64,000 bases of DNA from NCBI RefSeq assembly GCF_009914755.1, contig NC_060928.1; one strand, 5' to 3'. The notes beneath the pieces were generated by a model. That model searched no databases and had not been told where the DNA came from. It was given only the letters and a program-made list of their open reading frames with translations. Both the position numbers and the translations under genes were made by a program. The DNA is from the human T2T-CHM13v2.0 reference genome, Homo sapiens. Shown piece after piece: positions 31,041 through 44,659 of the stretch (position 1 is the stretch's first letter; every line of letters starts with the position of its first letter).

Positions 31041-31398
31041 CAGGAAAAGAGAGTCCTAACACATGAAAAATACCAACAGGATGCATTTTTTTAAAGTACA
31101 GCCACTGGCTTCAAACACTTTTGCAGTGCAGAATCCATTAACGGCTACGCCAAGATTATCTTGAAGATGATGTTCATTTGGCTGCTCTGGAGAAGTCAAA
31201 AAAGTAAACAACAGAAAACAGATCAGCTGGTGGGGTGATTGCACCCCATTTCCAAGAGACTGGGTTAGTGAGTGCATCTCTGTGAGGAATAAGTAGAAAC
31301 AATCTGGAGGACTCTGGAGACGTTCAGAGGATGACAGTGAATCCAGAGCAAGCTGTTCACCTCCTGGGAGAGGGGGAGGCCCACAGAACACTACAACC

Positions 31399-31673
31399 AG
31401 TGGGGTGCAGTGTCTCACATCTGTAATCCCAACACTTTGGGAGGCCAAGATGGGAAGATCACTTGAGGCCAGGAGTTGAACACCAGACTGGGCAATATAT
31501 CAAGATCCCTGTCTCTCCAAAAACAAAAAAAAAGTAGCCAGGCATGGTGGTGCACACCTGTAGTCCCAGATACTTGGGAGGCAGGAGGACCACTTGAGTC
31601 TAGGAGTTCAAGGCTACAGTGAGCTGTGATGGTGCCCCTGCACTCCAGCCTGAGCCACAGAGCGAGACTCTGT
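31399..31673 (+). mobile_element. AluJ lacking A-tail
   Basis: Dimer ends GAGACTCTGT and abuts an MLT1 fragment. Confidence 0.9.
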
Positions 31674-31827
31674 GGGTCCACCCTCATGACATCATTTTAA
31701 TTTCATTTCCTCATAAAGACCCTATTTCCCATTAAGGCCATATTCTGAGAAACTGGGGAAGAAACTTAACATTCATATGTTAAGACTTAAACATATGAAT
31801 TTGAGGGACGTAATATGACCCAGAACA
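31674..31827 (-). mobile_element. MLT1 (B/C-like) LTR 5' fragment
   Basis: CCACCCTCATGAC...AAAGACCCTATTTCC...ATTCTGAG...AACATATGAATTTG. Confidence 0.75.
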
Positions 31828-31879
31828 CCCATTTCCTGCTCAGAGACCCCACTCTGTAATGCTAGGAAATAAGCTTTGG

Positions 31880-32300
31880 GTCAGCGGGACAGGATTTTGG
31901 TGCGGGTGAGGGACACAGGCTCTGTGAGCATGGGCCGGGAGGGCGGGCCTTCCTTACCGGGTCCCATCAGTGTTCAGCTGGACACTGTAAGATGGGCCGG
32001 CACCCGCGGAGCTCAGGAAAGAAGGACTGACAGCCTCACTCCACTGACAGCACACGACACAAAGGGTCACTCATGCCTGGCTTCAGCTGTCACAGCAGCA
32101 GAGGCGCCTCCCCCGCGAAACAACAAGCACATCCCCTACAATCCTGCGAAACAACAAGCACATCCCCTTACAATCCTGAGGCACACCCTGACTCAAGCCT
32201 CCGCCCCAGCGCCCCGCTGACACCGGCAACTGCTGCGCGGGTCCCTGGTCACCCCTCTTCAGCTCCCGGCCATCTCGGGTCAGAACGCATCACGGTTCCT
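31880..32300 (-). promoter_or_regulatory. CpG-rich promoter/enhancer-like element with a minus-strand splice donor
   Basis: About 23 CpGs in 420 bp by manual count; GC boxes GGGCGGG 31941-31947 and CTCCGCCCC 32199-32207; AP-1 TGACTCA 32189-32195; minus-strand CCG|GTAAGG at 31958/31957. Confidence 0.5.
32115..32177. repeat. 31-bp tandem duplication (2 copies)
   Basis: GCGAAACAACAAGCACATCCCCT(T)ACAATCCT twice; the copies differ by a 1-bp indel. Confidence 0.95.
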
Positions 32301-32756
32301 TTCCTCTACAGCCCCAGCACTTCCCTCAACCTGTCTTTTGCGACTGAGCCTGACTGTGCCTTCTATCTGAGTGAGTTCTTCACAAGCATGTGGCCTCCAT
32401 GACAGCAGGGAATTGAGTTCATTCTGCTTGCTCCCTTGTTCCCGGCAGCCACAGTGGCAGCTGGCGGGATGCAGGGCCTCAGCACTGCATATCTTGAAGG
32501 CTGGAGGAAGGCCGTCTTTTTCCCCACCATGTGGGCAGTTCCCCAAGGGCAGGGAGCGCACCTCCTCTCTTTCTTCCTAGAGCTCCTGCCCCAGGCAGCT
32601 TCACAAGCGGCCCTCCGTAACAACAAATGGAACCAACGGGAGCTTGGCAGTCAGATGTTCTGCTTCACCCTAAACCAACTTTGAAGTCAAGCATGACCCT
32701 TCACTTACACTTCCCCCTCAGACAAGCTCCCTCAACACTCTGCTCAGGATCATTTC

Positions 32757-32885
32757 AGCTGGGCGCAGCAGCACTTAGTCCCAGCTGCTCAGGAGCTAAG
32801 GCAGGCAGACCACTTGATTTCAGGTGTTCCTGTCCAGCCTAGGCAACATAGCAAGAACCCCGTCTTAAAAAAAAAAAAAAAAAAA
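32757..32885 (+). mobile_element. FLAM-type Alu monomer
   Basis: AGTCCCAGC...CCAGCCTAGGCAACATAGCAAGA followed by an A19 tail. Confidence 0.8.
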
Positions 32886-33617
32886 GTTATCTCTTGTAAA
32901 CCTTTTCCTGGCAAATGCTCCTACCTACCCTCCACTCCTTCCTTTGGGCCTTCATTGTACAAAGTAAGTCCTTCCACCCTAGCATCTATAATCATGTTTG
33001 TCTTCTCCTAGAGATTATGAGTTACCTAAGGGCAAGAACCTTCTTATCCTTTTGCTTAACACAGGGTTTGATACCTGGTAGGCATAACTTCTCTTAAAGG
33101 TAATAATTCCTTTCCTATTGATCCAATCTCAAACCTCATGTGCTCCCTCTGCCTCTTGTGCTGGAGCCAGTCAGTCCCAGTCTGTTCCTTCCCAGCATCT
33201 ATGGTGCCCATCCATTCTACCCATCACTTTCTTTCCACTCCTTCAACCTCCATAACCCCTGAAGCAATTTCCCATTCCATCTCCCTGTCTCTAGTGCCTA
33301 CCCTCAATCCAACCTATGCACAGCTACCAGATTAAGCATCCTACAGCATTATTTTGCAAGAAACCCCACGCCTCCTTTGCTCTAAAACTTTTCTCAGTCC
33401 TCCACTGCCTAAAGGATTGTCTAAACTCCCTGTGTTAACCTTCACAGTCCTGACAACCTGAGCCCCTACCCTCCCTTGCTGATTTGATTTTCCACCATCC
33501 ATGCCCTGAACCCTTCTTCTCCTTTCCCCTGAATAAGTCTGCTCCTTTCCCCTGAACAGCCACCCACACTCACTCCTGTCATTGCACTTCTTCTCCTGCC
33601 ACTCTCCTTCTCACCCG

Positions 33618-33837
33618 TTTTATTTTGTCTTGAGGCGAAATCTCTCTCTGTTGCCCAGGCTGAAATGCAGTGGCACAATCTCGGCTACTGCAATCTTTGC
33701 CTCTCAGGTTCAAGTGACTCTCCCACCTCAGCCTCCCGAGTAGCTGGTTCTACACACGCACCACCACATCCGGCTAATTTTTGTATTTTTTTGTAGAGAC
33801 AGGGTTTCACCATGTTGCCCAGGCTGGTCTCTAACTC
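33618..33837 (-). mobile_element. AluJ, 5'-truncated, within plus-strand L2 remnants (about 33250-34170)
   Basis: Antisense right arm plus part of the left arm. Confidence 0.88.
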
Positions 33838-34794
33838 ACTTGTTTTCAAGACCCTACCACTCTCCATCTTACCCAAGTCCTGCCCTCAGTCAAGCCCATT
33901 CAAGCCTGATCCCCATTAGAACCTCCCCCATCCCTGGAAACAAGGCTGCCCTTTTGGATTCCTGTGGAGCTCATTGTCTGGACCATTAATTTGGGGCATA
34001 CGCCACCTTGTATGGCAATTCATTCTTGCCGCACCACAATTCATCCCCCTATCTAGACCGTCAGCTTCCCAAGGAAGGGCCTGTGCCTGGTTCATTCCTT
34101 TTTATAACTTCAACACCTAACACAGTGCCCTGAGCATAGCACACACATAACAAGAGTGTGGGTGAAAATAAGCAGCTTGCCATTGGGAGAATTCAGAATA
34201 TTAGCCTTTATTTGTGGCAAATCTATCACAAGAAACAAGGAATGGACATTCACAGGGATGGGCATGTATTTCACCAGCATGATGGATGCTTTTGACAGAA
34301 TCCAATGCTAGGTACTCTATAAATATTTCATCAAATGAATCAATTACAGGTTGGCAGGTGTCCTCTGGTTATCAAAGTCTAGCAGCAGGAAGAAAGGTAC
34401 CAAAGCCTTCCAACTTCAGGAACTGCTGCCACTATTCTCATACAAATCATTAGAGCAGGCAACGTCTGACATCTCCTCAACACTTGGGAGAATCTTTCTA
34501 AGCCTCTAATAGCTAACCCAAATCTTGTCTTCTCCCTTCTAAGCTTAGTCCAATATGTTCTGTCCTGGGTCCTCTTCCTCCACTAACACGAAGATTCCAT
34601 CCACACCAAGGAGAGAACACTTTATAGCAACTGATAGAGCCAGCTGAGCTGTTTCCATGGAGACAGTGGTGATTTCAGGAAATCCATCTGTTTTAGATTG
34701 CTCTATAGACTCACCCTAACTTCTTTTACAGCTCATGTAGCTCAGGGGCCCTGAAGCCTCCATTCCCACAGCACCTTCTCCCAGCCTCGTTTCT

Positions 34795-35041
34795 TTTTTT
34801 TTTATTATTATTATACTTTAAGTTTTAGGGTACATGTGCACATTGTGCAGGTTAGTTACATATGTATACATGTGCCATGCTGGTGCACTGCACCCACTAA
34901 CTCGTCATCTAGCATTAGGTATATCTCCCGATGCTATCCCTCCCCCCTCTCCCCACCCCACAACAGTCCCCAGAGTGTGATATTCCCCTTCCTGTGTCCA
35001 TGTGATCTCATTGTTCAATTCCCACCTATGAGTGAGAATAT
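34795..35041 (-). mobile_element. L1PA2-type 3' end, 5'-truncated
   Basis: GTGCACATTGTGCAGGTTAGTTACA; CCCACTAACTCGTCATCTAGC (GAG variant, not the L1HS-Ta ACA); perfect 15-bp TSD CCCAGCCTCGTTTCT at 34780-34794 and 35045-35059. Confidence 0.92.
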
Positions 35042-35107
35042 AGCCCCAGCCTCGTTTCTAATCTCTCTTCCAAATTTCAAACCTCACCTAGAAACCTTAC
35101 ACTCCAT

Positions 35108-35782
<675 letters not shown>

Positions 35783-36333
35783 TAGGTCCAGTCTCCTAAC
35801 ATTCGGCAAAGTGAAGCCAGAACTAGTACCTCCACGTTAGATAAAAACAAATATTGCCATGACAATAAGAGGCCACTTGTTGTGGGTGGAGCGAGCTGGT
35901 GGGTTTGAGGAAGGGTCCGTGTTTGCAGGCAGTGGTTCTCCTGGGTATCTGAAGAAACAACATTGTTTATTTGGAGTTTCTCTTTCATTAATTCAAAAGG
36001 AAAAAAATATAGTGACACTTTAATTAACAAAAAGGATATATCTGAGAGGCATGAACGTGTTGTCAGAAGTTTCAACAAAGACAGTAGAAGCAACTCAGGA
36101 TTCTGGGTGGACACAGATTTCCTTCCTCCCCATTCTACTTTCCTCCACAACTCTCCTGAGCGGTGGAGCACAGCCCCATCGCCTTCCTGGTCCCCCTCTG
36201 TAGGGCTCTCCATGCCTCACTGTCATCCTAAGGTCAGAGAGGCACAGCCTGCTGCCCAATAATTACAGCACACCACGGGAGCCCCAAGGCACTGTTCCTG
36301 GGGAGGACAGCTGTGATAGACAATGTCCCTATC

Positions 36334-37053
<720 letters not shown>

Positions 37054-37341
37054 ATTCCCTTTTTTCCTCAGCTGCCCCCAGCAGCAACAATATAATCCCA
37101 AGGATGACTGCATGAAGTTTTTATCTCCACATGAGTGGTTATGTCCTCTTGATATCTACTTTGATATTAATAGAGCCACTCCAGCCTTCTTTGATTGATG
37201 TTGCGTGATGTATCTTTTTCCATCCTCCTATTTTTAATGTTTGTGTCTTCATGTTTAAAGAGAGTTTCTTTTGCAGCATATCATTGGGCCTCACTTTTTA
37301 AACCAATCTGACAATCTCTGCCTTTTAACTGGGGTATTAGA

Positions 37342-37525
37342 ACTCTACTGTCCATTACATCACTAGCCTCCTACAACTATGTAAATTTAAATTAATTTAA
37401 TAAAATTAAAAATTCAGTTCACGAGCCACATTTCAAGTGCTCAAGAGCCACATGTGACTAGGTAGAAAAGAACACAGATAAAAAGAACAGTTGCATCATC
37501 ACAGGAAGTTGTATTGGACAGCCCT
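37342..37525 (-). mobile_element. MER3-like (hAT-Charlie)
   Basis: AAAATTCAGTTC...AGCCACATTTCAAGTGCTCAA...CATCATCACAG...TATTGGACAGC. Confidence 0.8.
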
Positions 37526-37935
37526 GATTTAGATCATTTACATTTGGTGCTATTATTAATATGGCTGTTTAAATCTATCATTTTGCTACATATTTTCTTT
37601 TTGTCTAATTGTTCTTTTTCATATCTTCATCCTTTTCTGCTTTCTGTGAATTAGTTGAGCATTTTTCATGATTCCATTTTATTGCCTTTATTGGCTTATT
37701 AATGATAACTCTTTGTTTTTAGTGGTTGCTTTAGGGTTCATAGTATGTATCTTTAACTTATTATCATCTACCTTCAAGTAATATTATAGTACTTCATGTA
37801 TCATATAAGAATCTTACAACAACCTACTTCATTTCCCCCTTCTTGGCCTTTGTGAAATTATTTCAAATATTTTATATCTAAAAACCTCAAAATACACTGC
37901 TACTATTTTTGCTTTAAACACGATCTTTTAAATAT

Positions 37936-38254
<319 letters not shown>

Positions 38255-38610
38255 TAAAATACGAAAATTTATTTTATATTTATCTACTATTTACCATTTC
38301 TGTTGCTGTTTAATCCTTTATTTTGATCAAGATTTCCAGTTGGTAGATTTTTCTTTTAATTGAAGGACTTCCTTTAATGTTTGTTGTAGTGCATGTCTAC
38401 TGGAAATGAATTTTTTTAATTTTTGTATGTCTGAAAAGGATTTTATCCTCAGTTTTGGAAGATATTTTTGTTGGATATAGAATTCTCAGTTGATAGGAAT
38501 TTTTTCTTTCAGTGCATTAAAGATATTACTCCACTGCCTTCTGGCTTGCATTGTTTCCAACAAGAAGTCTGCTGTCATCATCCTTGTTTTTTTCCTCTGT
38601 CTATAGTATA

Positions 38611-39210
38611 CATAGTCTTCCCTTGGTATCCACAGTGAATTGGTTCCAGGACTCCATAAGGATACCCAAATACCTTAGATAAAATGGCATAGTATTTGCA
38701 TATAACCTACATACATTCTGCCATATACTTTAAATCATCCCTTGATTACTTATAATACCTAACACAATGTAAATGCTATATAAATAATTGTTATACTGTA
38801 TTGCTTTTTGTATTATTTATTGTTTCATTGTTATTTTTCCTTTTTTTTTTTTGAGACAGAGTCTTGCTCTGTCACCCAAGCTGGAGTGCAGCAGTGTGAT
38901 CTTGGCTCACTGCAACCTCTGCCTCCCAGGTTCAAGTGATTCTCGTGCCTCAGCCTCCTGAGTAGCTGGGACTACAGGTGTGCACCGCCATCATACCTGG
39001 CTAATTTTTGTATTTTTAGTAGAGGCGGGGTTTCACCATGTCGGCCAGACTGGTCTCATACTCCTGGCCTCAAGTGATCCGCCTGCCTTGGCCTCCCAAA
39101 GTGCTGGGATTACAGGGATGAGCCACTGTGCATGCCCCCCACCAAATATTTTTGATCTGCAGTTGGCTGAATCCATGGATGCAGAACCCATGAATACAGA
39201 GGGCCAACTA
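38611..39210 (+). mobile_element. MER2 (TcMar-Tigger), interrupted by an Alu
   Basis: CCCTTGGTATCCA...TTGGTTCCAGGAC...AGTATTTGCATATAACCTAC...GAATACAGAGGGCCAACT; TA flanks. Confidence 0.85.
38841..39136 (-). mobile_element. AluS
   Basis: Antisense dimer. Confidence 0.94.
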
Positions 39211-40010
39211 TACTGTTCTTTTCTCTCTGGCTAATTTAAGATTTTCTCTTTATCACTGGCTTTAAGCAATTTTATTCTTGTGTACATTGGTGTGGTTTTC
39301 TTCATATTTCTTGTATTTATAGTTTGTTGAGCTTCTTGAATAAGTGGAATTTTTTAAATCAAATTTGAAAATATTTTAGCCAGTGTTTCTTCAAATATTT
39401 TTCCTTTCCCACCACCATTCTGTGGACTCCATTACACTCATATTAAGCCATCTGACGCTGTCCCACAGCTCACTGATGCTCTGTTCTTTCCTTCTTTTTC
39501 CAGTGTTTTTCCCTCCGTGTACTTTTTATAGATAATTTCTATTGCTTTGTTTTCAAATTCACTAATTTATTTTTTTGCAGTGTGTAAATAAATCCTATCC
39601 AATGTATTTTCATCTCAGATATTGTATTTTCCATCTCTAGAAGTTTAATTTGGGTCTTTTTCAACAACTTCCATGTCTCTACTTTTCATGCTCAATTTCT
39701 CCTCTACTTTCTTAACACATAAAATATAATTATCCCAATTGCTTTAGTGGTCTTGTCCACTAATTCTTTCATAAGTGTCATTTCCGACTCTGTTTCTATT
39801 GATTGCTTTTTCTCTTCAACATGGGTTGCATCTTCCTGCTTCTTTGCATACCTTGTAATTTTTTATTGGATATCAGACATTGTGAATTTTGCATGGTTGA
39901 GTGCTGCATATTTTTTGTGTTCCTATAAAGATTGTTGAGCTTTGTTCTGGAATCCAGTTAAGTTACTTGGAAATAGTTTGATTCTTTCAAGGCTTATTTT
40001 AAAAGTTTTT

Positions 40011-40195
40011 TCGGCCTCCAGAGTAGCTGGGACTACAAGCATGCGCCAGCACACCCAGCTAATTTTTGTATTTTTAGTAGAGATGGCGTTTCACCATGCT
40101 GGCCAGGCTGGTCTCAAACTCCTAACCTCAGGTGATCCGCCCACCTCGACCTCCCAAAGTGCTGGGATTACAGGCATGATCCACCGTGCCTGGCC
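40011..40195 (-). mobile_element. AluS, 3' part missing
   Basis: Left arm, linker and first part of the right arm only. Confidence 0.9.
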
Positions 40196-41309
40196 AATTC
40201 TAGAGATAATTTTACCCAAATACTGAGGCAATATCCTTCTGAGTACTCTATCCAATGCCCCATGAATTATGAGGTTTTCCATTCCGGCTGGTGGGAATAC
40301 AGTTTTCCCAGACCTGTGGGGTTGTTCCCTCTGTTCCTTTTGAATGGTTCTTTCCCTGACATTGGGCAGTTTTCTCACATGCATGCACTGAGTAGTACTC
40401 AGCTAAAATACTTGAAGGAGACCGTCTGCACATCTCCACAGCATTTTCCCTCTGTCTCTCTCTCTCTCTCTGTCTCTTCTTGCAGCTCACTCTATCTGCT
40501 GCAGCTCTCTTCTCCACCTCTCTCTGCAGCTCTCTTCTCTCTGGAACTCTTCTTTGTGAACTCTAGCCATTTTGGCCTCCCCAGACTTCTAGCTCTGTCT
40601 CCTCGACTCAAGGACATGGCTGCACTCTGCTTGGCATTGCAGCCTGAAAACTCTCTCTAGGAAGTCTATCAGGGCAATTGTAGGCTCACCTTGTTTGCAT
40701 CTCCTTTCTTGGAGATCTCCGTCCTGTTCTGCCTGATGTCCAACATCTGAAAACCCATCTTTCACATATTTTGTCTAGTTTTTTAGTTGTTTCAGACAGA
40801 ATGACAAACCCAGGCCCTGTTACTCCATCTTGGCTGGAAGCAGAAGCCTAAATTGTCTCCAGAGAATTTTGCTAGAAAGTGTTTCTACATCTTTCTGTCA
40901 TACATCTGGCTTTTTCCTTTTTTCTCTTAACTTCTTTTATTTAAAAGTCTTTGATACATTTTCTTTTCCTCTATATTTTTTGACAAATACTTAAAAACTA
41001 AAGATACATGGAAAGGAATGCCACACTAAAAACCCACATCACAAGATAATAATGACACTTTGATCAGGCTGACAAGTTCACATGCATGCTACAGAGGACC
41101 CTCTGGTTCTACTGGGCTACCCACAGCATGAGGCATAAATGTACTCCCACTTGTCCTCTTTTTGAAGGAAAATAATAATAATTTTAATTATTCTATATGA
41201 CTCAAGTGTCAAACTTACAAGAAAAAAACAACTAAATTTTAAAGATCACACCTGTCTCATTTATTTAGCTAACTTAAATTAGCCAAAAATTTCTCCTATA
41301 TAAAAATAA

Positions 41310-41520
41310 TAACTAGCAAATATTCATTACATATCAGATACTCATTCTAAGTACTCCACATGAATTACAATTTAGTAATCAAAGCAATCCCATAAAATAA
41401 ATACCACAATTATCATTCCCACTTATAGATGAGGGAACTGAGACTCAAGACTTATTAAGGGACATTTGCTGGCTTATGGCAGAAATAGAAATCCAAGTCT
41501 GTTTGGCACTAAACCCCATT
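41310..41520 (-). mobile_element. MIR
   Basis: ATTCCCACTTATAGATGAGGGAACTGAGACTCA. Confidence 0.7.
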
Positions 41521-42874
41521 ATTTACAGGAGTGATCTGATAAATTGAAAACACTGTTGCCTGACAGAGGAAAAATAACATTGGCCTAAAATAACTAATAG
41601 GATAATAATTTTCAAAATAAGGAACAATATTCTAGTAAGTTAAAAAAAAGTCTGACCAAAAATTAGGAAGAATAAGGTAATGAAAATAAGACCTCATCTT
41701 TTATTAAGTGAGTTAGTGAAGGGCAGAGGTAAGGCAAAGTTGATGATCTTGGTATTACAAATCAGAGCAAGAGTTATATGAATTATCTGTAATGAAATGC
41801 ATTATTTGCAATTAAAATTATACGAACACTGATCATCTAGCGAGAGTAAGATTAGTGTCCTGGTTCTGGAAAGCATCAGTGGAGGTATGTGTGGCGTCTT
41901 GCTGAGCATAAAGTAAAGGTGCGAGTCAAAGAAGAATGAAAATGGTAGAGGGGGGCTTTAGAAAAATGAAATCATCCTTTGATAGGATTAATTTTTTAAA
42001 CGAGTTTTGCCTCTTGTCCCCCAGAGCATTGATTTTTCCTTTGAAAGAAGAGGTGCAGGCAGATTATGAGAGGTGTAGTGTGAAGGTGGAAGGCTCAGGA
42101 CTGAGCCCAGCTCTGCATCAATTTTTCAGGTAATACTGAGACTGCCTTGAAACCTAAGACTTTTTTTTTTTTTTTAAGTAGTAAGGCCCCCTTTTCACAG
42201 AAAACCTTATGTTTAACATATGAAACAGAGAAGAAAAGAGGACTGTCTAACGGGGGCTGGAGGTTGGAGGCTGAGGTGTCATTCTCCTCAACTCACCATC
42301 TCCCACTCTGGCTCTTCGCAGGTCCCTAGGAGCCCCCATGGTCTCCCCTCAAGCACATTAGACTGGTTCTCCTTGAAGGGTCTTCTGAGTCTAGAGTGAA
42401 GATCTCTGAGCTCCATTCCCAGCCACTGCCCTGAGATTGTGAGGGCAATGCCTTTGTGATCCTCAGTTTGCTTAACTATAAAGTGGGGCTAGAGGAATCC
42501 CTAAGATCCCCTCCAGCTATAATACTCTGTCCTTTAATAGGACTCTCATGGTTAATAAATTAATAAGGGGCCATCACATTGCAGTAGACTATTAGGGGAA
42601 AAAGAAATTAGCCAAGTAGGTAGTGTTTTCCAGAGTCCATAATGTTTCACCAATTTACAGAGGATTAGAGATTTTTTTAATAAATTGATACAAAAATCAA
42701 TAAAATTTTGGTAGTCTGTAAGCCTTAACCTGCCTTTCAGTATTGAACTGGGGAAAACTTGACAATTGTACTGATTCAGTCTATATTGATGCATTTTTTT
42801 CTTTTTTGGTAAAGAATTTCCTGTAGTTGAGAGTCACTTGAAAATACTGCAAAGTGGTTAAAAATGCTCAGAAA

Positions 42875-43160
42875 TAACTGAATATGATTATATAAAAGAA
42901 CATTCTTGCTCTCAGGAAATACATCTGGAAGTATTTAATGGTAAAGGGTCCCAATGTCTCTGACTTACTCTGAATGGCTTAAAAATATGTATTTATACCT
43001 AGGTACTACAGAGTGAGAGGGAGGAAGGGGGTCAACTGTAAATAGATGGTTAATCTAGATAAAGGAACTTTTCGGGTATAAGAGAGTTCCTTGTACTATT
43101 CTTGCAACTTTTTTATAAGTTTAAAACTATATCAAAATAAAAACTTACAGAAACAAAAAA
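42875..43160 (+). mobile_element. Old-type L1 (L1MC4/L1ME-like) 3' end with AATAAA, A-tail and TSD
   Basis: GAAGTATTTA...GAGTTCCTTGTACTATTCTTGCAACTTTT...AAAATAAAAA; AAAATGCTCAGAAA at 42861-42874 and 43161-43174. Confidence 0.8.
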
Positions 43161-43248
43161 AAAATGCTCAGAAAAATACCTAACTGAAATGCATTTGTTT
43201 TTCCCCTCCCACACCCTTTCTGTAAACTTCCTGTCACACCTCAATTTA

Positions 43249-43500
43249 TTTATTTTTTATTTTTTATTATATTTTAAGTTCTAGGGTACGTGTGCACAAC
43301 GTGCAGGTTTGTTACATATGTATACATGTGCCATGTTGGTGTGCTGCACCCATTAACTCGTCATTTACATTAGGTATATCTCCTAATGCTATCCTGCCCC
43401 CCTCCCCACACCCCACGATAGGCCCCGGTGTGTGATGTTCCCCTTCCTGTGTCCAAGTGTCCTCATTGTTCAGTTCCCACTTATGAGTGAGAACATGCGG
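43249..43500 (-). mobile_element. L1PA (about PA5) 3' end, 5'-truncated
   Basis: AAGTTCTAGGGTAC...CACAACGTGCAGGTTTGTTACATATG...CCCATTAACTCGTCATTTACATTAGG; TSD GTCACACC(T/C)CAATTTA. Confidence 0.92.
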
Positions 43501-43865
43501 GTCACACCCCAATTTATAAGAGAATATTCATGACATTTTCCCCCATGTATTTTTCCCTTTCCCATCTCCCTTCTCTTTGATAGCTGTGATCATCAGAGCA
43601 GGAGTACCTGAAAGCCCTAAGGGTTGATGAGTTGCAGCTGATCATCCGCTTAACCACTGCTGACAGTTCTGCTGCTGCTCTTACTATACTTTCAGAGTAC
43701 AGTAAGCAAGCAGTTGCATTTCTAGGGATTTCATCCATTCACAGTGATAAGAGAAAACAGCCCACTTGTATTTTATTTCAAATCCTCTTTATTCAGGGAA
43801 ATATTTGTTAAGTATAAGAAATAATAAGTATGGGAATGAAGAATATCATTTCAGCAAAAAGGCAG

Positions 43866-44629
43866 TGTAGCCAAGGCTGCCAGGGCTCTGCACATGTCCC
43901 CTTGGCTCTTACCGTTCCTATCTGTGCCAATGGCTTCTTACCACAAGCTCTTCTGATTCTCTGCCTGAGAACTTTTCCCAGTCCAGGAAACAAAACAGAG
44001 AGCTGGGTTGTTAATGCCCTAACAGCATCCATGAGCCAATGGTGGACAGAGTTGGGTGGATAAATGCCTCCTATTCTCTCGTCCTCTGAGGCATGTTCTA
44101 ATCTACACAACGGCCCAGATGGCCCCAGACAGATGGCCCCAGTAGCCCACAGTAATAGCTGGTTTATTGTTTTTTTGTTTGTTTGTTGTTTTTTGTTTTT
44201 TGAGACAGGATCTCACTCTGTCACCCAGCCTGGAGTGCAGTGGCACAATCACTGCTCACTGCAGCCTCAACCTGCCTGAGCTCAGGTGATCCTCCCACCT
44301 CAGCCTCCTGAGTAGCTGGAACTACAGGTGCGCACCACCATGCCTGGCTAATGTTTTTGTATTTTTTGTAGAGACTAGGTTTTGCCATATTGCCCAGACT
44401 GGTCTCATACTCCTGGGTTCAAGCAATCCTCCTGCCTCAGCCTCCTAAAGTGTTGGGATTACAGGCACGAGCCAATGAGCTGACTGGTAGCTGGTTTACT
44501 AACATACCCTGGGTTCTTTCTCATCTCCATCTCACTTCTCACTCCTTTCAGGGATCACCTCCCAAGCAAACTACTTATACTCAAAGTGTTCTCTCAGGCT
44601 CTGATTCTGAGGGAACCTGCTGCAAGACA
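43866..44629 (+). mobile_element. LTR16-family ERVL solo LTR, interrupted by an AluJ
   Basis: TGTAGC start; GGTGGATAAAT; CCCCAGTAGCCCACAG; GGGATCACCTCCCAA...AAACTACTT...CTCAGGCTCTG...GGGAACC...AAGACA end. Confidence 0.72.
44167..44487 (-). mobile_element. AluJ
   Basis: Antisense dimer; TSD TAGCTGGTTTA. Confidence 0.93.
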
Positions 44630-44659
44630 AGGGGGTATTTCAAGAAGAAAAGAAAGAAA

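Noticed and set aside
32090-32110. CAGCAGAGGCGCC as a CTCF site
   Set aside because: One base short of the CCASYAGRKGGCRS register; not supportable without ChIP data.
32115-32177. Direct repeats as CRISPR-like arrays (also 36803-36839, 46469-46500, 55541-55589)
   Set aside because: Only 2-3 adjacent copies with no spacers, in eukaryotic DNA; ordinary slippage duplications.
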